From Macrostomum lignano (taxonomy: Eukaryota): a DNA stretch of 64,000 bases. Within the stretch, counting starts at the first letter, position 1; each line of letters starts with the position of its first letter. Location: contig NIVC01001778.1 in assembly GCA_002269645.1 (NCBI GenBank), forward strand, positions 62,001 through 126,000, written 5' to 3'. Below the pieces are notes generated by a model, which saw nothing but the letters and a program-made list of their open reading frames with translations, did not search any database and had not been told where the DNA came from. Positions 1-49,521 of this stretch are shown piece by piece. The translations under genes were made by a program, and so were the position numbers.

Positions 1-142
1 GCTGATTTTTTTCAAGCACCGGAAAAGCAGATGATATAAAATGTATCGCCGCTTGAAGTAAAAGCAGTGTAAAGAATTTTTACTACCAACCACTGCAGTC
101 AGGGCCTGGCATTTTTTCACTCTTGAAAAGTGGGCGATTCTG

Positions 143-1127
<985 letters not shown>

Positions 1128-1809
1128 TCGTAGATAGATCCTCTGTAATTCCAGTCGCCCCAGAACCGACCAGACGGGATTACTGGCCATAAATTGTCTC
1201 CTTCACTCTTATCTACCAAATAAAAGGCAGCAGAAGATGCAGGGGGAGGCAAGAAAGTTGCGATGGAGCCGCAAGATAAAGCGCTGCCGTATGCGGATCT
1301 TCGGCACCAGCCCGCAGCAGCCCAAGGCTAAAGGGGCCGCACTGCAGGCACAGCCGGGTTAAATAAGTTTATTTGGGGAAGAATTCTCCGTGTTGGTGGT
1401 GGAAACAGATCGACTTCCGCGTTGGAGTGCGCTGGCCCCCTAGCGGCTGCTGACGGCCAATCTGACTGACGGTGCTACGCGTTAGCGATTGTGGAATCAG
1501 TAGTAAAGCCAAAATCCTGATCTCAATCTGAAACTCGAGTCTCAGATAATTACAGACAGTCACCTCATGCACTGATAATTAAAAAAAACTACAGATAGCA
1601 AATGAAGCTGTGTGTCGCAACAGTTTTGTTGAACTTTTTGTGGGAGAGTTGCTGCTAATTGGAATGTACTTTGAATGGATAAACTATTAATTGGGACTGA
1701 AGATGCATGCGTTAATACAAGGTAGTTTCACTGATAGCAGCTGTACCGTTAGACTACGTTATTCAAGCATGATCTGTGCCAACGCCAACAATAGAGAAGC
1801 GATTACGGC

Positions 1810-2030
1810 AAACAATTTAAACAAACAAACAACAACCAACCAAATACGACAATCAACAACAACCAACCAGCTACCAGCAACAAACAAAAAACAAACAAAC
1901 AAACAACAAACAAACAAACAATAAGCAATAAGCAAACAAACAAACAACAAACAAACAAACAAACAAACAAACAACTAACAATAAGAAACAAGCAAGCAAA
2001 CAAACAACAAACAAACAATAAGCAACAACC
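1810..2030. repeat. (ACAA)n microsatellite
   Basis: Directly visible. Confidence 0.95.
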
Positions 2031-2430
2031 TACATCAAAGAGCGGATGACAGCGGCAGAAAACAATGACGAAACTTTAATTAAATATGAAAACTGCTGTT
2101 CATGATAATTTAATAAAAAAGAAATGCCAAAGCTCGGCAATTATAACAATTAATTTATCGATGCGTTGGGAAACAATGATTGAGTTGAGAAGAAATGCTC
2201 CGGGACCAGGCACGGCTGATGACGTCAATATAGAAACCGTAAAATATAAATTAAAGTCAGAGTGCAAGCAGTAAAAATAACTCCCTCCAATCAGTTGAGG
2301 AAATTCCCTGCACCGCCGACACTCTTGGCGAATTGCATTGGCGCCGGCGAGGCGCTGAAAGTGTTCCACACGTGAAGGCGCGGGTGGTCTGAGGAGGGCC
2401 GTCCGGAGCTGCCTGCAGTGCGGATTCAGG

Positions 2431-2747
<317 letters not shown>

Positions 2748-3319
2748 TCGTCTAAAGATCAATAAACATGAGCTAATTGTCCAGTTTCGAAACGGATACT
2801 GTGCAGCACAAGGCGGAACTTTAACAGCCAACGGCGCCGCTCTAAACACGAAGATGCAGTGAATAATAAAGTTCAAAGTCAATGAGGATTTATGGAAGGT
2901 CTTTGATGAAAGAATGAAAATGGCCCCAGAAACGAGTTTCCACCGTCAGCAGAAAAGCTAAGGGTGTAGCGGCTGTAAAAGGCACAGCTAACCAGCTGCC
3001 TATTATTAGCCTCCTAAGAGCTGTATTGCGCAGGCACTTTCACGGTTAACTTGGCTTTTTTTCCAAAATGCCATTCCAACTTGAAAATGCGAATGCATCT
3101 CGATCCGTTTCGGTTGCGTGTGATGACGCGGAGTTGTTGCTGGGCTAATCGGTGGTGGTCAGTTCAGTTCAGTCTTGAAAGTTGCTTGCGATCCTTTTTT
3201 CCTTGAAGCCACTGAATGCAACTGTACTTTTCGGTTTTTCATTGGCTTCTTTCAGTGCACAGACGGCGGAAAGCCGGACACAATTTTTTGCTTTCTTTGA
3301 ATCTGCTTTGCTCTGTCAG

Positions 3320-3790
3320 GTTTCTGTCTGTCTGTCTGTCACTCTACTGTCTGTCACTCTACTGTCTGTCACTCTACTGTCTGTCACTCTACTGTCTGTC
3401 ACTCTACTGTCTGTCCCTCTACTGTCTGTCACTCTACTGTCTGTCATTCTACTGTCTGTCCCTCTACTGTCTGTTACTCTACTGTCTGTCCCTCTACTGT
3501 CTGTCACTCTACTGTCTGTCCCTCTACTGTCTATCTGCCATTCTACCGTCTACTGTCTATCTGTCACTATTGTCTACTGTCTGTCACTCTTTTGTCTGTC
3601 TGATACTCTTTCTAACCTTTCTCAAAGCACTCTAATATCTCTCTCAGAGCACTCTAATCTCTCTCAGATTACTCCAATCTCTCTCTCAGATTACTCCAAT
3701 CTCTCTCTCAGATCACTCTAATCTCTCTCAGATCACTCCAATCTCTCTCTCAGATCACTCTAATCTTTCTCAGAGCACTCTAATCTCTCT
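3320..3790. repeat. 15-bp (ACTCTACTGTCTGTC) minisatellite followed by a ~20-bp (CTCTAATCTCTCTCAGATCA) array
   Basis: Directly visible. Confidence 0.9.
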
Positions 3791-3821
3791 TGCCGCGCCC
3801 TCTCGTCGCCAGCAAGCTCAC

Positions 3822-4340
3822 CAGACTGCCCTCTGCCAGACTGCTTCCTCAGGTCCAGCATGAACAGGCTGCTCTTCTTTCTACCGGAGCCGCTTCTGCC
3901 CATCCTGTCGCCGCCGGAGCCGCTGGCACCGCCGAACGAGTAGTCCTCGCTGATGTCCACCGCTGCAGCCACCGAGCAGCAGGGCGAGTCCAGCACCGCT
4001 TGGCCGTAGGCGTCGCCCAGAGCCTCAGCCGGGTTCAGGCCATAGACAACGGCGCCGCCGCAGGTCATTCGCAGCTTGGCGCGGCCCCGGCGCCACAGGC
4101 GGTGCTGCTTAGCAACCGCTATTCGGCGACGCTTTCGGTGATAAGCGAAGAAGCTGACTATGAGCAGGATGAGGCAAAGGCAGATGATGAGAACATGAGC
4201 AATCCACGGTTGCCACATACTTGTCGAATAGTTTCGGCCCTTTGCTTTGTCAATTTGTATGGGGTGTCTGTTTTTGTAAGCGCGAATTCGCCAAGTAGTA
4301 GTGAGTGAGTGGCCACAGTTCTGAGGGCGAATGGGAGAGA
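3822..4340 (-). CDS. Exon of an unidentified single-pass membrane protein (TM helix plus cytoplasmic tail)
   Basis: WIAHVLIICLCLILLIVSFFAY followed by HRKRRR (positive-inside). Donor TCTG|GTGAGC at 3821; candidate acceptor ctgccccgcag near 4340. Other exons not resolved. Confidence 0.55.
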
Positions 4341-4414
4341 TTGCCTCAGCTGCGGGGCAGCGCAAAATCCCAATCTTCCACTTAAATATGTTTCCCCTCT
4401 ATTTCATCCCACTC

Positions 4415-5480
4415 TCTTCCTTTGTCTCCCTCTCTCCCTTTGTCTCCCTCTCTCCCTTTGTCTCCCTCTCTCCCTTTGTCTCCCTCTCTCCCTTTGTCTC
4501 CCTCTCTCCCTTTGTCTCCCTCTCTCCCTTTGTCTCCCTCTCTCCCTTTGTCTCCCTCTCTCCCTTTGTCTCCCTCTCTCCCTTTGTCTCCCTCTCTCCC
4601 TTTGTCTCCCTCTCTCCCTTTGTCTCCCTCTCTCCCTTTGTCTCCCTCTCTCCCTTTGTCTCCCTCTCTCCCTTTGTCTCCCTCTCTCCCTTTATCTCCC
4701 TCTCTCTTCTGTCTCCCTCTCTCCCTTTGTCTCCCTCTCTCCCTTTGTCTCCCTCTCTCCCTTTGTCTCCCTCTCTCCCTTTGTCTCCCTCTCTCTTCTG
4801 TCTCCCTCTCTCCCTTTGTCTCCCTCTCTCCCTTTGTCTCCCTCTCTCCTTTTGTCTCCCTCTCTCCCTTTGTCTCCCTCTCTCCTTTTGTCTCCCTCTC
4901 TCCCTTTGTCTCCCTATCTCCCTTTGTCTCCCTCTCTCCCTCTGTCTCCCTCTCTCCTCTGTCTCCCTCTCTCCTGTATCTCCCTCTCTCCTGTATCTCC
5001 CTCTCTCCTCTATCTCCCTCTCTCCTGTATCTCCCTCTCTCCGTTCTCCCTCTCTCCTCTGTCTCCCTCTCTCCTCTGTCTCCTCTCTCTTCTGTCTCCC
5101 TCTGTCTCCCTCTCTCCTCTATCTCCCTCTCTCCTCTGTCTCCCTCTCTCCTGTATCTCCCTCTTTCCGTTCTCCCTCTCTCCTCTGTCTCCCTCTCTCC
5201 TCTGTCTCCCTCTGTCTCCCTCTCTCCTCTATCTCCCTCTCTCCTCTGTCTCCCTCTGTCTCCCTCTCTCCTCTATCTTCCTCTCTCCTCTGCCTCCCTC
5301 TGTCTCCCTCTCTCCTCTATCTCCCTCTCTCTCACCTCATCTCCCCCCTCTCTCTCTCTTTATCTCACCCTCTATCTGTCTATCAAGGAATCTCTCCCTA
5401 CCTTCATCTCCCTCTCTCCCTACCCTCATCTCCCGCTCTCTCCCTTCATCTCCCTCTCCCGTCATCTCTCCATCCCTTCA
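4415..5480. repeat. CT-rich 18-bp minisatellite (CTCCCTCTCTCCCTTTGT)
   Basis: Directly visible; explains the LPLS-type spurious ORFs. Confidence 0.95.
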
Positions 5481-5904
5481 TCTCACTTTATCTTTCCACT
5501 TGTAACTTTTATCTTCCCTCTATCGGCTACTTGCCTTTGTTCCCTTTTTTTGCCAGTCTCTCAGTCCATCTCGCATCCTGACCGAGACCACTCCATCACT
5601 TATACTCCCCAGCCCAGCAGCTACTATAAAAAACTTTTGTGTTGCTAATTATCAACAATTATACATGCAAATCATTTTCCATCTGTTTTTTTCTATGACA
5701 GGTAAACATCAGTAATTTATGACTCGTTATAAGCGTTGACCCGCGCACTTATAGACGCCACGCAAGCAGTTGCAAGTGTTAATCAAAACTGACATCGCTT
5801 GGCGAATTTCGACCGAATTAATGATAATCAATCAATTTCCTTCCAACGCAATTGTGCCTGACCTTTTTAGCTGGGACCAGTTAGACAGGCAATGCCGACT
5901 GAGT

Positions 5905-6540
5905 CAAGCAGATGTAGAGAGAAGGAAGGACAGACAAGGAAGATGGATAAAGGAGAGAGGGAGAGGGAGAGGGAGAGAAGTGGGAGAAATGGAGAGAGAG
6001 AGGGTGAGAGAGGGAAAGACTGAGAGGGAGATGGTTAAAAGGGGAGATGGAGAGAGGGAGAGGGAGAAAGGTGAGATAGGGTGAGAGGGAGAGAGGTAGA
6101 GTGTAGAAGAGAGGTAAAGAGAGAGAGAGAATGTGTAGAAGAGAGGGAGAGAGGGAAAGAGGGAGAGAGGAAGATGGTTAGAGGGGGAGATGGAGAGAGG
6201 GAGAGGGGAAAAAGGAGGTGAGATAGGGTGAGAGGGAGAGAGGGAGAGAGGGAGAGGGAGAGAGGGAGAGGGAGAGAGGGAGAGAGGGAGAGAGGGAGAG
6301 TGTAGAATAGAGGGAGAGAGGGAGGGAGGGAGAGAGCGAGAGAGGGAGAGAGGGAGAGTGTAGAATAGAATAGAGGGAGAGAGGGAGAGTGTAGAATAGA
6401 ATAGAGGGAGAGAGGGAGAGTGTAGAAGAGAGGGAGAGAGGGAGAGTGTAGAAGAGAGGTGAGAGAGGGAGAGTGTAGAAGAGAGGTGAGAGAGGGAGAG
6501 TGTAGAAGAGAGGTGAGAGAGGGAGAGTGTAGAAGAGAAG
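5905..6540. repeat. GA-rich low-complexity/minisatellite tract
   Basis: Directly visible. Confidence 0.9.
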
Positions 6541-7599
6541 TTCCACCTTCCTGTGAAAGAATAAATAAGGCATCACACTGAAGCTTCAAATATTAAAAAA
6601 ATATTCATATTGTACAATCGTACAAAAAGTGCACAATATAATACCCAAATTTGCATCCCAATCGAGGACTTAAAGACCCTACTAAACATGTGGCCTCTGA
6701 AATAAAAACAGCGGGCGGTGGCCGCCACGCCTCTTTGCATTCGAATCCGCCTATTAAAATGTTCGAGAAAATTTCCGAGGAAATTCAAGGCAAAAATGTA
6801 CACGCATTATTATACGAGTGCAAATGTAGAAATCGCTCTGCAAAGTAGATTTTCGATACATATCGGCTTTACTCTCCGGCAATTATCTTCAAGCCTTAAT
6901 TAAGAGATTGAATCCCAAAAAACTAAACAGAAAGAAAAGACATAAACAATGAAGACTCATGTGTTAGAGTGCACCGACAGCGTACGCGCAAGAGGCTACT
7001 TTCAGTAAGCTAATTGACAGTAGTATATATTTTTGTTGTGCAAAAAATCTTATTTTAGGGAAATACGCTTAAAAAAGATTTAAAATTACACTACAGTGAA
7101 CACATCGACGCTGTTATTTGCTTGTTTGATAACGGTAGACACGGATTAAAGTAATTGCAGGTACCAGCCTGTGCATAGCAACGTTCTGTTTACCATAGAT
7201 ACCATAAAGGACACTTAAGGACGGAATCATATTATCCTCGAGTAAAACAAACAAAAGCTTGAAAAATAATTAAATTAAAAATGGAATGAATTTTAAACAA
7301 AGTAAAATTTTGGTTCGGATTTTTAAATAAGCGGTAAAACAAAAAATGGCGAGTGATTATAACAAAACAAATGGACGCAATTGTTCAGTTTAAATTGTTT
7401 TTAAAAAGCAAAACAAAATATCCAAGAGTTGCAAAACCTGTGCTGAAAAAAATTCTACAATCAATTTCTGTTGAATTTAATACTTTTGTTCCGTCAAAAA
7501 TGATTTATTGATTTTCAAGTCTCCCTTGCCAAGTACTCGGTGTGGACGGAAGCGATAAAATGGTACATGTGAGAGTCTATTGTTGGATATTCTAAGAAA

Positions 7600-43356
<35,757 letters not shown>

Positions 43357-43831
43357 AGGACTCCACTGGAAACTGCTATTGTCATACCATGCACATTTTT
43401 CAGGAGACCAAAAGATTAAGAAATGACTAAGGTTCAGTGACTTGTATTTTTTATAAACAAATTAAAAATATAAGAAAAATATAAATATAGATAAATAGCA
43501 ATTTGAAATTAAAGCAAAAGATGTAAAAATTCTAAATTAATGATTAAGGTTATGTTTAGTGACATAATCTCATAGTCTTGTTATCAAATGTTTAACAGAA
43601 ATGGCATAGTGCTTTTGTTGGCATTTTACTATACATTTTAGTCTAAAGAATAATCTTAATTTTGGTGATAGATTGATAGGCAATTAAAAGAAATATATTA
43701 TTTAATAATAAGCAAGATTCATGTATAAAACTTTAAGATTTTTAAGTTATTACTATTACTATTATTATTATATCTGACTCATTATAGGAGTGGTCAAAGA
43801 CCAATGGCAAAAGCACCAATGGTTGTCCCAT

Positions 43832-44191
43832 TTTTTTTTAGAGGCAGGGGGGTTGTGTGCACCCTGGTGCACTTTAAGCGTCATTGGCACACAACCGGCG
43901 AGAGGCATTAACTGCCCATTCTGCCGACTCCCCTGAGCAGGCATACAAGCGCGTGGATACGTTACGCAGGCACACACTCACATAGGAGTGTACAGCGGCC
44001 CTAATTTTATCAATTGTTAGGCATGTACACTTCACTGCGCCTTGGGGGGGTTGACTCTCAAGGCTGTTAATTGCACAAGCAAGCCAAGCCAAGATTCCAA
44101 TCCAGCCCCAAATTAATGTGACTGCACTTGGAATTGAGCCTGGGTCGCGGCACACCAGAGCAGCTGCGCTACCGCTGGGCTACGGCCCCCC
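43832..44191 (-). mobile_element. tRNA-derived SINE, copy 2, with A-tail
   Basis: 5' GGGGCCGTAGCCCAGCGGTAGCGC, B-box GGCTCAATTCC, 3' A-run; flanked by a 78-bp direct repeat. Confidence 0.8.
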
Positions 44192-44210
44192 TTATTATTA
44201 TTATTCTTAT

Positions 44211-44830
44211 TATTACTATTATTATTATATCTGACTCATTATAGGAGTGGTCAAAGACCAATGGCAAAAGCACCAATGGTTGTCCCATGGTTATGAAGAG
44301 AAAAAAGGCAAAGGAATTGAAATAAAACAAAGGGAAAAGGAAAACAAGACAAAGAAAAAAAAGCCTAAAAAGATCAAGGTAGGCCTAGTCTTAGAGATAT
44401 CTGGCTCTTGAAAATGGATGGCCTAATACCCCTGGCTGGGTGGTCTAATAGGCCTAGCTAATGCTATAAGTAGAGAATCCATAATTTAGAGTAAGTGGGA
44501 ATAACACTTCTGTTGCTCTGTTCTAGGAAAAGGAAACCTAAGGAGAAGCTGTGCTAATTGTTGTTAGAATAGATACAATAGTGCAACTATAGAGCAGAAA
44601 AGGAAGGGAGGAGCTACTAAAGTTTACTAGGGCCTTGACTTCCAGAAATCTAAGGACAAAAGCAAGTCTACTAAGAGTTCTATGAGTCCTAAGGCTATAT
44701 GTATATTGAACCTTGAAAGAATCATTATGATCCTGATAGCCTTTTGCTCAATATGGTCCAATAAAATAAGTTGGGACTCATAGGGAGATCCATATCTAAT
44801 GGTACAATATACAGAGAATGATATTAAAAA
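44211..44830 (-). mobile_element. 3' remnant of a CR1/L2-like LINE (C-terminal end of ORF2, 3'UTR, (ATA)n tail), heavily mutated
   Basis: Remnant peptides YCTIRYGSPYESQLILLDHIEQKAIRII, HRTLSRLAFVLRFL, SVIPTYSKLW and FKSQI resemble the post-RT motifs of CR1/L2 ORF2; ends in an AAT-repeat tail. Confidence 0.6.
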
Positions 44831-45487
44831 GAAACAGGTAGAAAATCACAAAAATCTTTTTGTTACAAATGATTACTTGGTTCTATTCATTATGTCTTAG
44901 GATTAAACTTTATATTTCAATCTAAACCCCATTTGTTAACTTTTTAAGATCTATGGTATGCCTAATTGGAAATTCTTAGGATGCAACATTTATTCTAGAT
45001 GTAAAAGGGATAGTGGATAGCTAGTAGCTAGCTAGTAGGATAGGTTGTAATCTCAAGGTCATTGATAAAAAATAAGAAAAGTAAGAAAGTAAGAAGATGA
45101 AAAAGGGATAGTGGATAGCTAGTAGCTAGTAAGATAAGTTGTAATCTCAAGAAGGTCATTGATAAAAAGTAAGAATAGGGTAGGTCTAAGATAACCATGA
45201 TATCCTAGTACACATTTGATTCTTCAAATTTCTTTCAAAATATTTTTTTTATTTTAGGATAAAATACTACACTACAGTGACCAGACAATTCCATAGTCTT
45301 GTAATGGACATGGACTCACTAACTAACTAGACAGGACATGTCCAGATAGCATAATCACTGCCTAGTAAATTGGTAAAATAAACAACATGTTAGGCGGCTT
45401 AGGCCTATATGATAGTGAATATGTATACTACTAGTAACCTATAATAGAAAATAAATTGTGTCTTTGAGTATATAAAAATTGGCTAGT

Positions 45488-45666
45488 CAGTGGCGTAGCC
45501 AGGATTTTCTTCTGGGGGGGGGGTCACAGTTAGTCACAGGCTCACAGCAGCAACTGGGGGCAGGGGGTGCTAGGCCTCTGTGATGGGGGAGGGGGCCTGA
45601 AAATTTGGCCTGGATTAGGCCCTAGCCGGCTGGGGGGTCATGGGGGGGCCCTTGGCTACGCCCCTG
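45488..45666. mobile_element. hAT-like MITE (CAG termini)
   Basis: CAGTGGCGTAGCCA ... TGGCTACGCCCCTG; TSD only partly matching (..TAGT). Confidence 0.6.
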
Positions 45667-45793
45667 AAAATAGTCCCACCAATATTCGCTTGGACAAAGC
45701 TAATACAATCATAACATAACAACTAGGGGTTGCATAGAGACTGCAACTTCTAGATAAAATTTCCAATTTATGTAGTACATATTAATAATATGC

Positions 45794-45998
45794 CAGTGGT
45801 GCAACCAGGGGGGACTTTAGGGGCCCTTCCCCTCCTTAGGCAGAAACCAGAAAAAAATCAAGGGGGTTGCAGGCGAATTTTCACCAAATTACAGAGCCGA
45901 GCCACCCTCTCCGGTCTCTGCCTTCCGCCTTTGGGTCTTTACTCTTTACCCTCCAGAATCCGCCCCCCTCCAAAAAAAAATTTATGGTGGCGCTACTT
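45794..45998. mobile_element. Degenerate hAT-like MITE
   Basis: CAGTGGTGCAACCA ... TGGTGGCGCTACT; imperfect TIR, no clear TSD. Confidence 0.35.
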
Positions 45999-47145
45999 TA
46001 AATAAAAAAGCAAATAAAAATACATATTTTGATCATAATTATCTAATGAGTTGAGTTGGTCCAATAAAAATAAAAGTATGCGCATCAGGGTACGGTATAA
46101 TAATACGTCCTATTGTAAATTAAATTGCAAAGAAGAAGCGAAAAATAGCGTCAAAAAAACATTTAAAGCTTCTAGTCAGTAACTAAAAAAATATTTTAGG
46201 TCTTCACTGTTAGCCATCTATAGTAAATCTACTTTTATTTTTTTTAAATGCTCTAATATTTGATGAAAAGGTTAAAACTTTGCAGGTTCGGGTCGTTCAT
46301 TTTTAACTGTCATAATTTCACCACATCAGGTCTACATTAATTTTTTTGCTCATTCAAAAACGAACCTATTGAGTTTCTGTAATTCACTGTAAGCCAAGCC
46401 ATGGACAGTATATTGTAATATAGCATAATCGAAGACCAAAGTTTTATTGGTTTCATTTAAGTATAAAATTAACTGTTTAACTGTTTACACACTGTTAACA
46501 TTTAACTGTACCTGTTTATGGGGCCTTAGTTTCTTAGAATCATTTTTCACTTAATTTGTATTTAATGACTATTTTTTTAAATCAAGTCCAATTTTAGTGG
46601 TGGTAAGTTGCTTGGTTCAACTTGAATTCAAAATAATTTTGAGCAAGTTAAGCCACTTTTGTAGGCTAACATTTTAGTCTATTTGCTCTTCTAGATCTAG
46701 ATAAAAATAGAAAATAATTATCTATGGCTAGGCCTACCGCCTACTTGCTACCATACTATGTCCATACACTTCAGCAACAAGACATTTTAATAATGGACAT
46801 TTTAACAAAAAATTTTGGACAAATGATTTTTTGTCAACAATAGACCTTATGTTATGGCTTATTCTCACACACATTGGCAATAAAAGAGAAAGAAATTTCA
46901 ACAAAAAGCCTTCAATATGAATGTAATAATTAATAAATAGCTATAGGCATAGGCCTAAGTCTTAATTTGACAATTGATTTTGATTGATATTAGGGCCTAA
47001 TTAGTAGCAAGTAGGCCTATATTTGTATTTCATTTACTTGAAACTTGAAAGTAAGACATACTATAGGCCTAGGCCTAGTCTATAAATATAAAATACTAAA
47101 ATAAAATGAAACAGGCCTAATCATTCTATTTAAGTAAGTTTAGTT

Positions 47146-48267
47146 GGCAATTTCCTAGTTTACTGCGTTAAACTATTTTTGGGTAGAAAATGAAAAGTTA
47201 CATATTTCAATAGTTGGCAGTAATTTGAGAGCAGTCCAAAGTGTCAATAATAATGCACAACCTAATATAGGAAGTTCCAAACTCTTTCTTCGAGAAGAGG
47301 TGGCGCTATAGGTACTCATTGAAGTTGAGGTGGATCTTAAACAGGGCGTCGCTAGTGCGTGCATTGCCCTGAATTTGGCCTTGATGTGTGCCCATGACCC
47401 CTTAATGGTGTTTGTATGAATAGTTGGGTTGTGGGAGTCCACAAAGTGGAGTCAGTGATTGACAGCCACATGATTCTGCAAGCTGTTGTAAGCCTGCCAT
47501 CCATCAGTCAGTATCCTTATGCCAGGAAATATATGCTACTAGATAATGGGCAGAAGTGTTTGAGCAGTGCAGTTTGGAACAAGCACCATCATGGCTTTGT
47601 TGGTGCCATATTCAACCATTCTGAGAACCCAATGACCTTCATGATAACCTTGCTGGTATTTGCGGCAGAAAAACTTTGATTCATCTACCTCTACCTTATT
47701 AACAGGGCCACCAAGTTCCATGGGATGGTTGAACAAGTATTGGCAGCATATGTTGCAATAGAAATTGGCCTAGTCCATGGCAGTCTAGCGGGCAATGTGA
47801 CACTAGCATTCAATCTAATACATAGGTAGGCTGCATACACAAAGATAGATGAAATCTAGCAGCTAGGTGACAGTAAGATGGCTGCCCTTAAAGAAGCTAC
47901 CCTTTGTAATCGCTTCCTATGTCTTGCAGATAAGGCATGACCAGGCATAGCCATTGATAAACTAGAGTCCATCTTGCTATTATAGTTGCATGGCCAGAGC
48001 ATCTAGGCATTGTTTGCAAGCCCAGGAGTTAAGAAGCAGCTCGTAAGTGGCCAGCCAGTACATAGTTGCCATGCCATCCAATATGAGCAGCACCAGCTCA
48101 CGCAGTATTAAATCAATGTTGCAAAGCTCAGCTGCAGGCCTCAAATTGGCCTCAGGTACAATTGTAATTAATGCTATAGGCCTCCTGGCCATATAGGCAG
48201 TTAGCAGGTAGGCTGAAAAGTTTTGAAAGTGGGCAAAAAATTTAATGCAATAAACTAGAAGATTATG
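47146..48267 (-). mobile_element. Merlin (IS1016/IS1595-like DDE) DNA transposon, inactivated
   Basis: Transposase frame 48192->~47350 with LLLNSWACKQC, ELGGPVNKVEVDESKF, HWV, RILTDGWQAY, VNH, HTNTIKGSW. 27-bp TIRs (47146-47172 / 48241-48267). 8-bp TSD GTTTAGTT / GTTTAGTC. Confidence 0.88.
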
Positions 48268-48478
48268 GTTTAGTCATTATTATAATTATAAAAATATAGA
48301 ATTATGATAATTATTTTAAAAAGCATTGAGCAAATTGCAGAAGTCTAGTAGTTGCAAAGCTGTCTTGTTTCCTTGATAGTACTACTTCCATAGCTTCTAG
48401 AGTTTGCCTTGTCTTTGAAGCTAATATATTTGCTGACATTGCTAAATTGCTCTATGTATTATATTAGGAGTCTCACAT

Positions 48479-48640
48479 TATATATGCGCAACCTTTGGAA
48501 TCACCTAGCCATTTCTATTAGCAACGTATATATGTAAGTTGCTATTGGCTAAGAGCAGTCACGTGACTGCTATTTGAACCAAGTGACTTATATGTGTTGC
48601 CAATAGAAATGGGCAGGTGAATTCCTAGGTTACATTAGCA
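48479..48640. mobile_element. Palindromic MITE-like element
   Basis: Arms TCACCTAGCCATTTCTATTAGCAAC / GTTGCCAATAGAAATGGGCAGGTGA around the central palindrome CAGTCACGTGACTG; left end resembles the CATACATGCGCAAC TIR. Confidence 0.45.
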
Positions 48641-49521
48641 TCTCACATTGATATATTGATAGTCATTAGGCAACTTTCTAAAAAAATGATATATACCAAG
48701 AGGTAGAACTAGAATCTAGTATATTATGCTTGCTGATTAATTAATTTGCTAGTGCTGGCTTTAATAGTTATTTTATATATATGGCATGCCTATAGGCACT
48801 AAGCTCATTGACAATTGTCAATCTATATTAAACTTGATAACCAGATATTCTAGTGATTAATTGGATATAAATAGATATGAAATTGTAATCTAGCTTATTT
48901 AATATTTTTACTGATTTTTACTACATTATTTATATATATATATTATATACTTGACAGAAACTAGATCCATAGTCATCTAGTAAGTATATATATTAAAATA
49001 AACACAATTCCTATAGCAATAGCTCATTATCATTAGTGATAGAGGATCTCAATAGTTGAAAAACATAGTGAATTTTCTCACTAGGCCTAGGTAGGCTTAA
49101 AATGGCAATGCCATTAGCTTATAACAAAAATGCTAGGTTCTTTTATCATTTTTGTACAATTCCTAAAAGCCTTATAATTGATTTTTTGCCAAATTTCTTG
49201 TATAAAGTGAAATATGCAGCCATGGATGATTGTATCTAGAAAAAAACAGCCTTGATTGATAGCTTGCTAGATTATTGTTTGAAAAGTTTTTTAACATTTT
49301 AAGAAATAAGCCCCATTTAACTAGAGCAATATTTAGAATAGACTCTTGCCTAATTGCCATTATATATATATTATAAGCTTTATATACTCAATTCAAATGC
49401 AATAAAATTAGACTTGTCTAAAATCAATTAAATTAGCATACTAGGTTCAGTTTCTAAGCATTTTTAAAAACAATTCTAAAAAGCTAGCAGCTTTGGCCAA
49501 TAAGTTCCTTAGGCTTAGAGA

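Noticed and set aside
1425-1450. CTCF-like motif CCGCTAGGGGGC (minus strand)
   Set aside because: A single short match is expected by chance, and CTCF is reported absent from flatworms.
47350-48192. Merlin ORF read in a ciliate-type code (TAA/TAG = Gln), i.e. horizontal transfer from a recoded host
   Set aside because: One TAG sits at a conserved Trp position, a TGA is also present, and the non-coding TIRs and TSD show the same transition bias, so mutation explains it better.
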